Made by a program: the position numbers and the translations under genes. A stretch of DNA of 64,000 nucleotides from Lachnospiraceae bacterium (lineage in GTDB: Bacteria; Bacillota; Clostridia; Lachnospirales; Lachnospiraceae), in assembly GCA_024403515.1 (NCBI GenBank), contig JAKSRS010000002.1, positions 22,388 to 86,387 of the forward strand, written 5' to 3'. Positions within the stretch are counted from its first letter, which is position 1. The number at the start of each line of letters is the position of its first letter. Below are positions 11,418 to 20,241 of this stretch, piece by piece. Under the pieces are notes generated by a model. The model worked only from the letters and a program-made list of their open reading frames with translations, made no database searches and was not told where the DNA came from.

Positions 11418-13124
11418 ATGAACGTTTTGGTGTTAACTCATTTAGATGCAACTAATTATTCAATAGCTCAGATTGTTCGTGAGATGATTGCACGTGGGCA
11501 TCGGGTAGAAGCATACGGGAGATTTACTGATGAACATAATATAAAGATGTTTGAAGATCTCATTGAAGTTCATCAGTTATCTGAATTGACAGATGATCAT
11601 ATAAATGAATTTGATTTCATTTTTTCTGCTATAGATGTTATTGACAGAGTACGCAACATAAAGAAGTATATTTTTTGCTATAATTTTCTGTTTTGTGGCA
11701 ATTTAATTGCCGATTGCGGTGATTTTATGTTTACGCAATGCGACAACAGAATGCTGGAGTACTCAGAAGAATGCGCTACTATGGCGATAGGAAATCCGAA
11801 GTTTACAGAGATGGTGACAGACAAAAAGTCGAGCCATAAGCAATTTTTGTTCATCGATAGTGGTCATTACCCATTCGGAATCGAAGGAAGGGTAATCATT
11901 GCAAATATTCTGTTGAATATTGCGAGAACATATACAGATTATAGATTGGTTATAAAGCCTCGTTTTCTCGTAGGAGATAAAAATGTAACTCATAGAAACG
12001 ATGACCACATATATAATGTGATTGAGCGTGAGGCGAATGGAAATATACCAGAAAATCTTATAATGCTCCAAGAACATTTGGATATGAACCAATTAATTGA
12101 TGCCAGCGATTTAGTACTTTGTTTATATACTACAGCTTATATTGATGTCATTTTGCGAAACAAAAAGCTGATAATAATCGACGGGCTACCCAGCGAAGAA
12201 ACTTTCGATCAAAGATATGAAACTATATGGAAAAAGCAGAGAAGTGTGTTGGCTGATAGCGGGTGTATGTGTCACTATTCACAGGTGATGAATCATATGC
12301 CTAATGGCTTTTGTGCTACCGATGAAAGTATTAATCGTGTGGTGAAATATAAAGGGGATGCCGCAAGACGAGGGGTAAGCGCAATGGAATATGTGTGGGA
12401 CGAGTATTTGCGGAAAGGTCTATTCCCTTCAATTAAGAACCATATTTTCGAGAATGTAAATGTTAAACTTGAAGTCGATCCCGAACTGAATTGGGAACGA
12501 ATAATAACAAAAAGATATAAGAACAAACTCAGGTACAGAAGCAGATATATAGATTATGTGTCTGCAGATGTAGCCAAAAAGCCATTCATGAAAATGATAG
12601 ATGAATTGGAAGACAGGGGGTTGATTTCTCCGTATACAATAAACGAGACTATCCGATTAGTTGATTATTACAAAAATGAACTTTGGATAAAGAACAAAGA
12701 AGCGCTATGGGATGACGCTATTAATCAGTCTTCTGTAGTACAGGCATTATTCGAAAACCATAAATATGATGAACTGAAGCAAATAGAGGAAAAAGACATA
12801 GAATGCCAAAGTCAGTTTTACTACTTTATGGGAAGAGTCATGTGTGATGAAAAGAAATATGATAAAGCTATTTCCTTTTTTAAAGACTTTTTGAAAGCGT
12901 CTCGGGAGAAACCCTATGCTCAATTTTGGGTAGATCAAACAAGCAAGCAGGTCTCTGGTGAATATTTTATGGGATATGCTTATTATATGCTGAAAGAGTA
13001 CGAAGAGGCATATAGAAGGTTTGAAATATGTGAAGAACTTACTGATAATTGTCACAATATGGCTGCAAAACATATGAAAGAAATTGAACAAATATGGAGT
13101 AGCACGGGCCATACAGCTGGTTAG
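11418..13124 (+). CDS. Putative GT-B glycosyl/phosphotransferase with C-terminal TPR-like helices
   Basis: MNVLVL...RGHRVE N-lobe; LVIKPR and LIDASDLVLCLYTTAYIDVILRNKKLI C-lobe; YYFMGRV...YDKAISFF and YFMGYAYYMLKEYEEAY TPR-like repeats. Confidence 0.55.
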   Translation: MNVLVLTHLDATNYSIAQIVREMIARGHRVEAYGRFTDEHNIKMFEDLIEVHQLSELTDDHINEFDFIFSAIDVIDRVRNIKKYIFCYNFLFCGNLIADCGDFMFTQCDNRMLEYSEECATMAIGNPKFTEMVTDKKSSHKQFLFIDSGHYPFGIEGRVIIANILLNIARTYTDYRLVIKPRFLVGDKNVTHRNDDHIYNVIEREANGNIPENLIMLQEHLDMNQLIDASDLVLCLYTTAYIDVILRNKKLIIIDGLPSEETFDQRYETIWKKQRSVLADSGCMCHYSQVMNHMPNGFCATDESINRVVKYKGDAARRGVSAMEYVWDEYLRKGLFPSIKNHIFENVNVKLEVDPELNWERIITKRYKNKLRYRSRYIDYVSADVAKKPFMKMIDELEDRGLISPYTINETIRLVDYYKNELWIKNKEALWDDAINQSSVVQALFENHKYDELKQIEEKDIECQSQFYYFMGRVMCDEKKYDKAISFFKDFLKASREKPYAQFWVDQTSKQVSGEYFMGYAYYMLKEYEEAYRRFEICEELTDNCHNMAAKHMKEIEQIWSSTGHTAG

Positions 13125-13129
13125 AAAAT

Positions 13130-14245
13130 ATGATGAAGAAGTTACCGTTTTCGTTCTTTGATATTTTGGTTGATGGTGTAGACGTGTGGTTTGTTCACAA
13201 CACGTTGCCTGTACTTATTCATGGCAATATTACCTCGGATGTGTATCATATAGAAACTGTTCTTCCATTGGCTTGGGGGAATGGCTTTGCTGCATATGGT
13301 TGTGTAAAAAGATATTTAAATACTATTATTATCGCGCCTAAATCCACACCATGGTTATTGTTGTATGATATTGAAACTAAAAATATAGAAAAAATAGAAG
13401 TAGACTACAAATGTATGGTGGGGTTAGGAACCTATAACTTGTTTGATAAGATGTATATTGTAGATAAACATGCTTATCTGATACCGGGAAGGTATCCATC
13501 AATTGTAAAATTGGACTTAGAAACAAGACAACTTGAATACATTGAAGTTTGTAGTTCAAGTTGGCTTGAATCATTGAATCGAAATAAATTCCTTTTTTAC
13601 AATTCAATCCTATTAGATCGGCATATATATGCTCCGTGTTATCAAACGGGAGATATGATGAAGTTCTCCATTGATAGTGAAGACTATGAGTTGATGCCAT
13701 ATATAAATGGCGCATCATTAATTGCTGTAGCAGAATCAAAACGAGGACTAATTTGTGCGTGCAAAAATAAAACATTAATGGTTGGGAAAGATACTATTAA
13801 ACTTCCAAGTGATTTTGATTCGAATATTAATTTTTTGGTGGTTTATGGTGACAATGTTTATGTTATACCAATTAATGGGAAAGCTATTTTTTATTACAAT
13901 ATGGTTCAGTGCAAGTGGACTGAACTAGTAAAACTTCATAAAGAATATAACGCTCTATCAAGGAAAAACAGAGAATATGGAGCTGATTTTTGGAGTGTTC
14001 ATTGTGCGAATAATAGTATTTTTTTGTCATCAAATCATGAAGGAACATTAATGGTTATTGATATGATTTCTAATGAAGTAATATCAAAAACTTTGGAATT
14101 ACCCCTTGATGATTTAAACATGTTGTTTCAGTCAGAACCTGCAGATATAGTAAATGAGACTCGACAGAACAGTTTACAGAATTATATAAAAAAAATTGCT
14201 TATTTTGCAGAACTAAGAAGATATGTGTTTGAGGGAGAAGACTAA
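13130..14245 (+). CDS. Hypothetical protein, probable beta-propeller
   Basis: Repeated beta-rich blades (IIIAPK..LLLYDIET; YLIPG..IVKLDLET; VYVIP..IFYYN). Confidence 0.55.
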   Translation: MMKKLPFSFFDILVDGVDVWFVHNTLPVLIHGNITSDVYHIETVLPLAWGNGFAAYGCVKRYLNTIIIAPKSTPWLLLYDIETKNIEKIEVDYKCMVGLGTYNLFDKMYIVDKHAYLIPGRYPSIVKLDLETRQLEYIEVCSSSWLESLNRNKFLFYNSILLDRHIYAPCYQTGDMMKFSIDSEDYELMPYINGASLIAVAESKRGLICACKNKTLMVGKDTIKLPSDFDSNINFLVVYGDNVYVIPINGKAIFYYNMVQCKWTELVKLHKEYNALSRKNREYGADFWSVHCANNSIFLSSNHEGTLMVIDMISNEVISKTLELPLDDLNMLFQSEPADIVNETRQNSLQNYIKKIAYFAELRRYVFEGED

Positions 14246-15267
14246 TGAAATATGGATTATACTACTTTAAAGAAACACATAATATAGGGGATGACATATG
14301 GGCGTTTGCGCAGAGTTTGTTTTATCCGCACATTGATTACTTGATTGATAATCAGTCGGTTTACAAATTTCAGACAGATCAAGACGAGATAGTAGCCACA
14401 ATTATAAGCGCATTTGTAGAATCATGGAACAATGAAATACACTTCCTACTTCCAGAATCGATATTACCGTTTTTTATTGGGTCATATTTCAAGCCAACAA
14501 TGTGGGACTATCTGAAAAATGAAGCAATGGTAAGATATTTGAGACAATTTCAGCCCATTGGTGTAAGAAGTACAAGTAATGTAGAGCGATTAAGTGCAAT
14601 GGGGGTGAATTCTTACTTTTCGGGATGCATTTCGTTAACATTACCAAGTTTTAAAAATGATTGTACAAAGAATAAGTATATATGTTGTGTTGACGTTAAT
14701 GATGAAGTGGTCCAGTACGTTAAAGATAAAACCAGAGGGGAAAACATAGAAATAAAAAGGTTTTCGCACGATGTTTTACGGTGGAACGAGACAGAAAAAG
14801 AAAAATATTTTTCGATGAACCAGATAGAGAGATTTGAACTGGTGAAAGAATATATTGATTTATATGCTAACGCCCATTGCGTAGTTACGTCAAGATTACA
14901 TTGCGCATTACCTTGCCTTTCGCAAAAAACACCCGTCCTACTAGTGTTGCCCAGAGATGGGAGGGGCGTATCTGACATGGAAGATCGAATGAGCAGTTAC
15001 TATTCGATGCTTCACGTATGTTATGACGATAACTTCGCTAATCATACAGTAGAATATGACTTTAAACAGCCTCCGTTAAACAGTGATGATTATGTAAAAT
15101 ATAGAGACTTGCTAAATAACAATATACAGCAGTTTATTAATCAATGTGAGAATGGAGAAATAAATAAAACATACGATAGTCGAATTCAGGATACAAGAAA
15201 GAATGAATATATAGATTTTCTATTGCAGATGATAGATGATTTGAAGAAAGAAAAAATAACAAAATAA
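14245..15267 (+). CDS. Polysaccharide pyruvyl transferase family protein
   Basis: HNIGDDI, IGVRS, SGCISLTL, VVTSRLHCALPC. Confidence 0.85.
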   Translation: MKYGLYYFKETHNIGDDIWAFAQSLFYPHIDYLIDNQSVYKFQTDQDEIVATIISAFVESWNNEIHFLLPESILPFFIGSYFKPTMWDYLKNEAMVRYLRQFQPIGVRSTSNVERLSAMGVNSYFSGCISLTLPSFKNDCTKNKYICCVDVNDEVVQYVKDKTRGENIEIKRFSHDVLRWNETEKEKYFSMNQIERFELVKEYIDLYANAHCVVTSRLHCALPCLSQKTPVLLVLPRDGRGVSDMEDRMSSYYSMLHVCYDDNFANHTVEYDFKQPPLNSDDYVKYRDLLNNNIQQFINQCENGEINKTYDSRIQDTRKNEYIDFLLQMIDDLKKEKITK

Positions 15268-15303
15268 AAAGATATTAGACAAAAATGAAAGGATGAAGGA
15301 ACT

Positions 15304-16083
15304 ATGAAAGTATTAGGAGTGATAGCTTCGAGATATGGATCATCAAGATTGCCGGGAAAGGCGTTAAAGGATATATGTGGAAGGCCTATGATTTGGTGGG
15401 TGTATCATAGCATAGAGGGTGCTGAGGGACTGGATAAATTGATTGTAGCAACTGATGACCAAAGAATTGTTGATGCTTGTAACGAGTATGGAATTGAAAC
15501 AGTCATGACTCGGTCTGATCATAGAGAGGCCGCTAATCGTTTGCAAGAAGTTTCGCAAACTATTGAGGCGGATTATTATATCCAAATTAATGGGGATGAA
15601 CCTCTTTTATCGCAAGACTATATAAAAGCTATTATTCCAAGAACAATTGACCCAAGCATAGAATGTGGTGCAAATCTGATTACTAAAATGACTAATCCGG
15701 TTGAAGTAATGGATCCATCCAATATAAAAGTAGTTTTTGACGATAATTACAACACTTGTTATATGTCGAGAACGCCTATTCCTTATCCATATAGAAGTAT
15801 AGAATTCGATTACTATAAACACATAGGTATTATAGGGTATACCAAGAAAATGCTTGATTTCTATGCAACACATGCACCAGGTAAGTTTGAAAGAATTGAG
15901 GGAATAGCTACTTTACGATTTACAGACTACAGAAAAGAACTGAAATGTATCGAAGTTAAGGATATAGACTCTTTGTCTGTTGATACCCAGATGGATTTAG
16001 ACCGCATACGTGAAGTTATACGTGTGAAATTAGACGCAGGGGAATTGCAAAAGCATTTAGAGTTAATGAATAAAGGAAAGTAG
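15304..16083 (+). CDS. KdsB-like CMP-ulosonate synthetase (cytidylyltransferase)
   Basis: SRYGSSRLPGKAL, VATDD, NGDEP, VKVVFD, KHIGI, SVDTQMD. Confidence 0.88.
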   Translation: MKVLGVIASRYGSSRLPGKALKDICGRPMIWWVYHSIEGAEGLDKLIVATDDQRIVDACNEYGIETVMTRSDHREAANRLQEVSQTIEADYYIQINGDEPLLSQDYIKAIIPRTIDPSIECGANLITKMTNPVEVMDPSNIKVVFDDNYNTCYMSRTPIPYPYRSIEFDYYKHIGIIGYTKKMLDFYATHAPGKFERIEGIATLRFTDYRKELKCIEVKDIDSLSVDTQMDLDRIREVIRVKLDAGELQKHLELMNKGK

Positions 16084-16086
16084 TAT

Positions 16087-17712
16087 ATGATTAGTTTGCT
16101 GGATTGTACTTTGAGAGAGGCTCCAATTGAAAATATGTGTATGGGTGAACATACAAGTGGCAGATTATTATCAGGGCTGTCTAAGGCGGATGTTGATATT
16201 ATTGAATGCGGATACTTGAAAAACGCGTCGCACATAAGTGGAAGCACAATCTTTAACACTGTGGAAGAAATCAGTTCGTTTATAGGTTCCAAAAAGAGTA
16301 ATGTATCGTATGTTGCACTAGTGGATTATGGGCGTTACGACTTGAAGTATCTTTCAGATAATCCAGGCAATAGTATAGATGGGATTAGAATCTGTTTCAA
16401 AAAAGGCGAACAAAAAGATGTTATTTCATACGCAGAAGAAATAATCAAGCGAGGTTATAAAGTATTCATTCAGCATGTAGACACTGCTGATTATTCAGAC
16501 CAGGAAATATTGGAATTTATCGGTTGGATAAATACTATAAAGCCATATGCGTATTCGATTGTTGATACTTTTGGTGCAATGTATACTGATGATGTGAGGA
16601 GAATTGCACATTTAGTGGATTATAATCTTGATAGGAGCATTAAATTAGGATTTCATGGACACAATAACCTTTTGATGGCCAATGCTAATGCTCAAGCCTT
16701 GGTTAGTGAATTGTTTCATAAAAGAGATGTTATTATAGATGCCTCTCTTCTTGGATGCGGTAGGGGCGCGGGAAATGCGAATACCGAACTAATAGCATCT
16801 TTTTTGAATTCACGATATCAAACAAACTACGATTTGAATGTACTTTTGGATATTATTGATGATGATATGCCTTCGTTATCAAAACTTTGTTCGTGGGGAT
16901 ATAGCATGCCTTATGTTATTTCCGGACTGCATTCTACACATGTGTTTAACGTGAATTACTTGTTAAAAAAGCATAATATTAAATTGAACGATTTACGTAG
17001 TATTATTGAAAGTCTGGATGGCATTCAAAGGAAAAAATATGATTATGAACTGTTAGATGAGTTGTACATGAACTATTTTGGAGAGCGTGTTGACGATTCA
17101 GAAGCCAGATTTTATATGCAGGGCATATCGAATAGATCAATTTTATTGCTTGCACCGGGAAAAACATTGGTAAAAGAAAGAGACAAAATAGAATCATTTA
17201 TTGAAAAAAAGAAGCCATTTGTCATAGCTATAAATGGTAAAATGGATAATTTTAATGAAGATGCTGTCTTTTTTGGGAGTTGCAAACGATATGACTACTA
17301 CACCGAGACATACAAGAATGCTACAGCAAAATGTATTGTTAGCTCGAACATAAAGAGGGAGAGTGGAGAAGAAGAACTAATTGTTGATTTTCAAACGATA
17401 GCGAAAAAGGGATGGGTTAATTATGACTCGTCAGCTGTTCTTCTAATTAGATTTTTGCTGCAGAATAAATGTAAAGATATATATATTGCGGGAATGGATG
17501 GTTTTTCGAGAAATAAAAGTGAAAACTATTTTTCGGAAACATTTGTAAATGATGTTTTACCGGATAACCTGATTTTGTTGGATAAGGAATTAAGAGAAAT
17601 GTTAACAGAATTAAGAGAAGAATCGCATATGTGTGGTGGTAAAATTAGACTAGTCACACATAGCCATTATGAAGGCGTGTTCGACATATTTGATGGAGAC
17701 GAGGATATGTGA
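16087..17712 (+). CDS. DRE-TIM metallolyase (4-hydroxy-2-oxovalerate-aldolase-like) with extra C-terminal domain
   Basis: LLDCTLRE, IIECGY, SIVDTFG, GFHGHNN, GCGRGAGNANTE; C-terminal LLLAPGKT...IYIAGMDGF. Confidence 0.85.
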   Translation: MISLLDCTLREAPIENMCMGEHTSGRLLSGLSKADVDIIECGYLKNASHISGSTIFNTVEEISSFIGSKKSNVSYVALVDYGRYDLKYLSDNPGNSIDGIRICFKKGEQKDVISYAEEIIKRGYKVFIQHVDTADYSDQEILEFIGWINTIKPYAYSIVDTFGAMYTDDVRRIAHLVDYNLDRSIKLGFHGHNNLLMANANAQALVSELFHKRDVIIDASLLGCGRGAGNANTELIASFLNSRYQTNYDLNVLLDIIDDDMPSLSKLCSWGYSMPYVISGLHSTHVFNVNYLLKKHNIKLNDLRSIIESLDGIQRKKYDYELLDELYMNYFGERVDDSEARFYMQGISNRSILLLAPGKTLVKERDKIESFIEKKKPFVIAINGKMDNFNEDAVFFGSCKRYDYYTETYKNATAKCIVSSNIKRESGEEELIVDFQTIAKKGWVNYDSSAVLLIRFLLQNKCKDIYIAGMDGFSRNKSENYFSETFVNDVLPDNLILLDKELREMLTELREESHMCGGKIRLVTHSHYEGVFDIFDGDEDM

Positions 17713-17713
17713 A

Positions 17714-18370
17714 ATGGCAAAACTTAAATATGAAGGAATTCTATTTGATTTAGACGGAACATTACTTGATACTAGAGAAGGTGTAAAAGACGCAGTTGCT
17801 TTGACACACAAAGAATTGGGTATGGAGATTCCTAATGAAGAAACTCTGCAACGCTTTGTAGGACCTCCGATGCAAGATTCATTTGTAAGAGAGTATGGTT
17901 TTTCAACCGACGAGGCACAGCATGCTGCTGATATATTTAGAAGTACTTATATGCATAAAAGCCTATTTTTGGCAGAATTATATCCTGGTGTTATCCAACT
18001 ATTGGGCATATTAAGAGCAGAAGGATACAAAATTGGTGTTGCGACATATAAGAGAGAGGATTATGCAATCCGATTGTTGGATCATTTTGGGATTTCAGAT
18101 TATTGCGATGTTATTCATGGCGGAGATAATTTTAATCAACGTAAAAAATCGGACATAGTTAAAATGTGCATCGCCGCAATGAATATAAAAGGTTCTGGTC
18201 AAGTTATTTTAGTGGGTGATAGTGAATACGATGCTATTGGGGCGGAAACGGCCGGGATTCCTTTCTTCGGATTAACGTCAGGTTATGGTTTTAAAGATGA
18301 ATCGTATTACGATAAATATAAAGCTGTGGGTTGGGGAAAATGTATAATGGAATTGATAAACTTCTTGTGA
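17714..18370 (+). CDS. HAD-superfamily phosphatase (phosphoglycolate-phosphatase-like)
   Basis: FDLDGTL, VATYK, K, LVGDSEYD motifs; start refined to MAKLKY. Confidence 0.9.
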   Translation: MAKLKYEGILFDLDGTLLDTREGVKDAVALTHKELGMEIPNEETLQRFVGPPMQDSFVREYGFSTDEAQHAADIFRSTYMHKSLFLAELYPGVIQLLGILRAEGYKIGVATYKREDYAIRLLDHFGISDYCDVIHGGDNFNQRKKSDIVKMCIAAMNIKGSGQVILVGDSEYDAIGAETAGIPFFGLTSGYGFKDESYYDKYKAVGWGKCIMELINFL

Positions 18371-18403
18371 TGAAAGTTGTTTATCGGCGAAGTAGGTGAA
18401 AAG

Positions 18404-18808
18404 ATGATGGAGAGAAAACTTGCGATTTTCGGTGGGGGGAACGAAGCCGCAAAATATTATACTGATAATATGGTAGTTAATATTAGGCGGGAAAAGTTGG
18501 ATACATTAAGAAAGTTCATTTCTGACGGGAAAAGAATACTGCTTATAGATAGCAATGTTTTTTTCCCATCATTTAAGGAAAGGCTTTCTGAACATTTGGA
18601 AAGCCAGCACGCAAAAGATGATTTTATCATTATTGAGTCTGATAGTCCAATCTATGATACTGCTGTACGTTTGTATAACTGCTATGAGTATGATAACAAC
18701 ATTCGACTACTGACTAATTCCTCCGGATATGCGTCTTTAGTGAATTACTATTTGACTGGAATTATTACTGAAAAGCAATTGATAGAAATGATTGTTCATG
18801 GTTTATAA
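18404..18808 (+). CDS. Hypothetical protein (134 aa), small partner of module copy 3
   Basis: ATG 18404 after an AGGTG RBS; C-terminal LYNCYEYDNNIRLLTNS...G..TEKQLIE resembles copies 1 and 2; 2 nt upstream of the large paralog. Confidence 0.65.
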   Translation: MMERKLAIFGGGNEAAKYYTDNMVVNIRREKLDTLRKFISDGKRILLIDSNVFFPSFKERLSEHLESQHAKDDFIIIESDSPIYDTAVRLYNCYEYDNNIRLLTNSSGYASLVNYYLTGIITEKQLIEMIVHGL

Positions 18809-18810
18809 GT

Positions 18811-20067
18811 ATGGAAAAGAAACTGTATTCTGAAATGTCTGCTAATGTCGAGAAACTTAATGATGAAATCCAGTTGAATGCAAATAATCTTTTTGTATTT
18901 GGATATTGTAAGGCATCGATGGAACTTATAGACTTGCTTGCTGAGAAAAATATAGAAATTAAAGGGATTCTTGATAATAGTGAGGATAAGCAGTTAAGAA
19001 ACTACAAAGGTGCTAAGGTCTATTACCCAGATGATATACTAAAACTTGTTCCAAAAAGTGACGAGAAAAACTCTGTAGTACTAGTTGTATCCAGATTTTA
19101 TGAGACTATGGCGAAGCAACTCCGAGGATTAGGATACAAGGGGAGAATTGAGAAAATAGTTAATTACAATACTTATTCTGATTATTCGCTCTCTGATGAG
19201 ACATTAAATCGGATGATAGGGAGAGAACAAAGTGGTGAAAGACTAATCAAGGAATTAGAAAGCAAATATCAAAACGCTTTTAAAGTGTTCTTCCCATTTA
19301 ACGCGCTAGGTGATGTTTATATAGCAATGTCGTATTGGTACGCGTTTGCTAAATTGAAAGGCATAGTTAATCCGGTGTTTTGTGTTCCTTCAAAGGCATT
19401 GAAGGAAGTGGTTCTTTTATTTGGAAACTTTCAGGTTGAGGTGTACAATCAGGAAAATTTGGATTCAATGGTTCAAGCTGCAATCTGCATGCGGGATGAT
19501 AGATTTTTTATTGCACATCATGATAGGCCTTACGTTGTTTATCTTCATAAGGCATTATATTTTAAGATGATTCCGCTGGATATGATTTATCGCTGTGGTG
19601 TTTATGGATTATCTGTGGATGCAAAACCAATGATACCACGCATAAACAATAAGGTGTACAAAGAAATAGAGAAGATTCCTAAGGGGAAGGCAGTAATCTT
19701 TTCTCCTTATGCAAAATCAATTACAACATTGTCAGAAAATGTATGGAACGATGCAGTTAACTATTACAAATCTATAGGATATAAATGTTACACAAATGTT
19801 GTTGGAGATGAACAACCCCTAAAAAATACAGAGGCTATTTCACCATCTATATCTGAGATTAGGGCTGTGGTAGAGCAGGCGGGATTGTTTGTCGGAATAC
19901 GTAGTGGTCTTTGTGATGTCATAAGAGAAGCAAAGGCGAAGAAAATAGCATTATATCCAGATTATAATTACTGTGATACAAAATGGAAAGCTATTGATAT
20001 ATATTATATTGATCAGTTTGATTACAATATTCTAGCTAATGAGAATATAAAGTGGGAGATACTTTAA
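18811..20067 (+). CDS. GT-B fold (GT9-like) putative glycosyltransferase, copy 3
   Basis: LFVFG..ILDNS; PFNALGDVY, VIFSPYAKS, GYKCYTN, FVGIRSGLCDVI. Confidence 0.65.
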   Translation: MEKKLYSEMSANVEKLNDEIQLNANNLFVFGYCKASMELIDLLAEKNIEIKGILDNSEDKQLRNYKGAKVYYPDDILKLVPKSDEKNSVVLVVSRFYETMAKQLRGLGYKGRIEKIVNYNTYSDYSLSDETLNRMIGREQSGERLIKELESKYQNAFKVFFPFNALGDVYIAMSYWYAFAKLKGIVNPVFCVPSKALKEVVLLFGNFQVEVYNQENLDSMVQAAICMRDDRFFIAHHDRPYVVYLHKALYFKMIPLDMIYRCGVYGLSVDAKPMIPRINNKVYKEIEKIPKGKAVIFSPYAKSITTLSENVWNDAVNYYKSIGYKCYTNVVGDEQPLKNTEAISPSISEIRAVVEQAGLFVGIRSGLCDVIREAKAKKIALYPDYNYCDTKWKAIDIYYIDQFDYNILANENIKWEIL

Positions 20068-20241
20068 CATTAGCGGCATTTATGGCTTGGATATTTGATT
20101 AGAACAGGACAATATTAAAATATATCGGATAAAAAACTGAGATAACATGATTCTTCAATAGATTAAGAAGTTCGATGTGGTTTTTAAGAAGTAATTACTA
20201 ACAAGATATAATACAAACGTAAGTTAAAAGCAGGGGAAAAT

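Noticed and set aside
15304-16083. Evidence of LPS or a Gram-negative origin (kdsB)
   Set aside because: There are no lpx, waaA or kdsA genes, the motifs deviate from Kdo-specific ones, and the surrounding genes are Firmicute-type.
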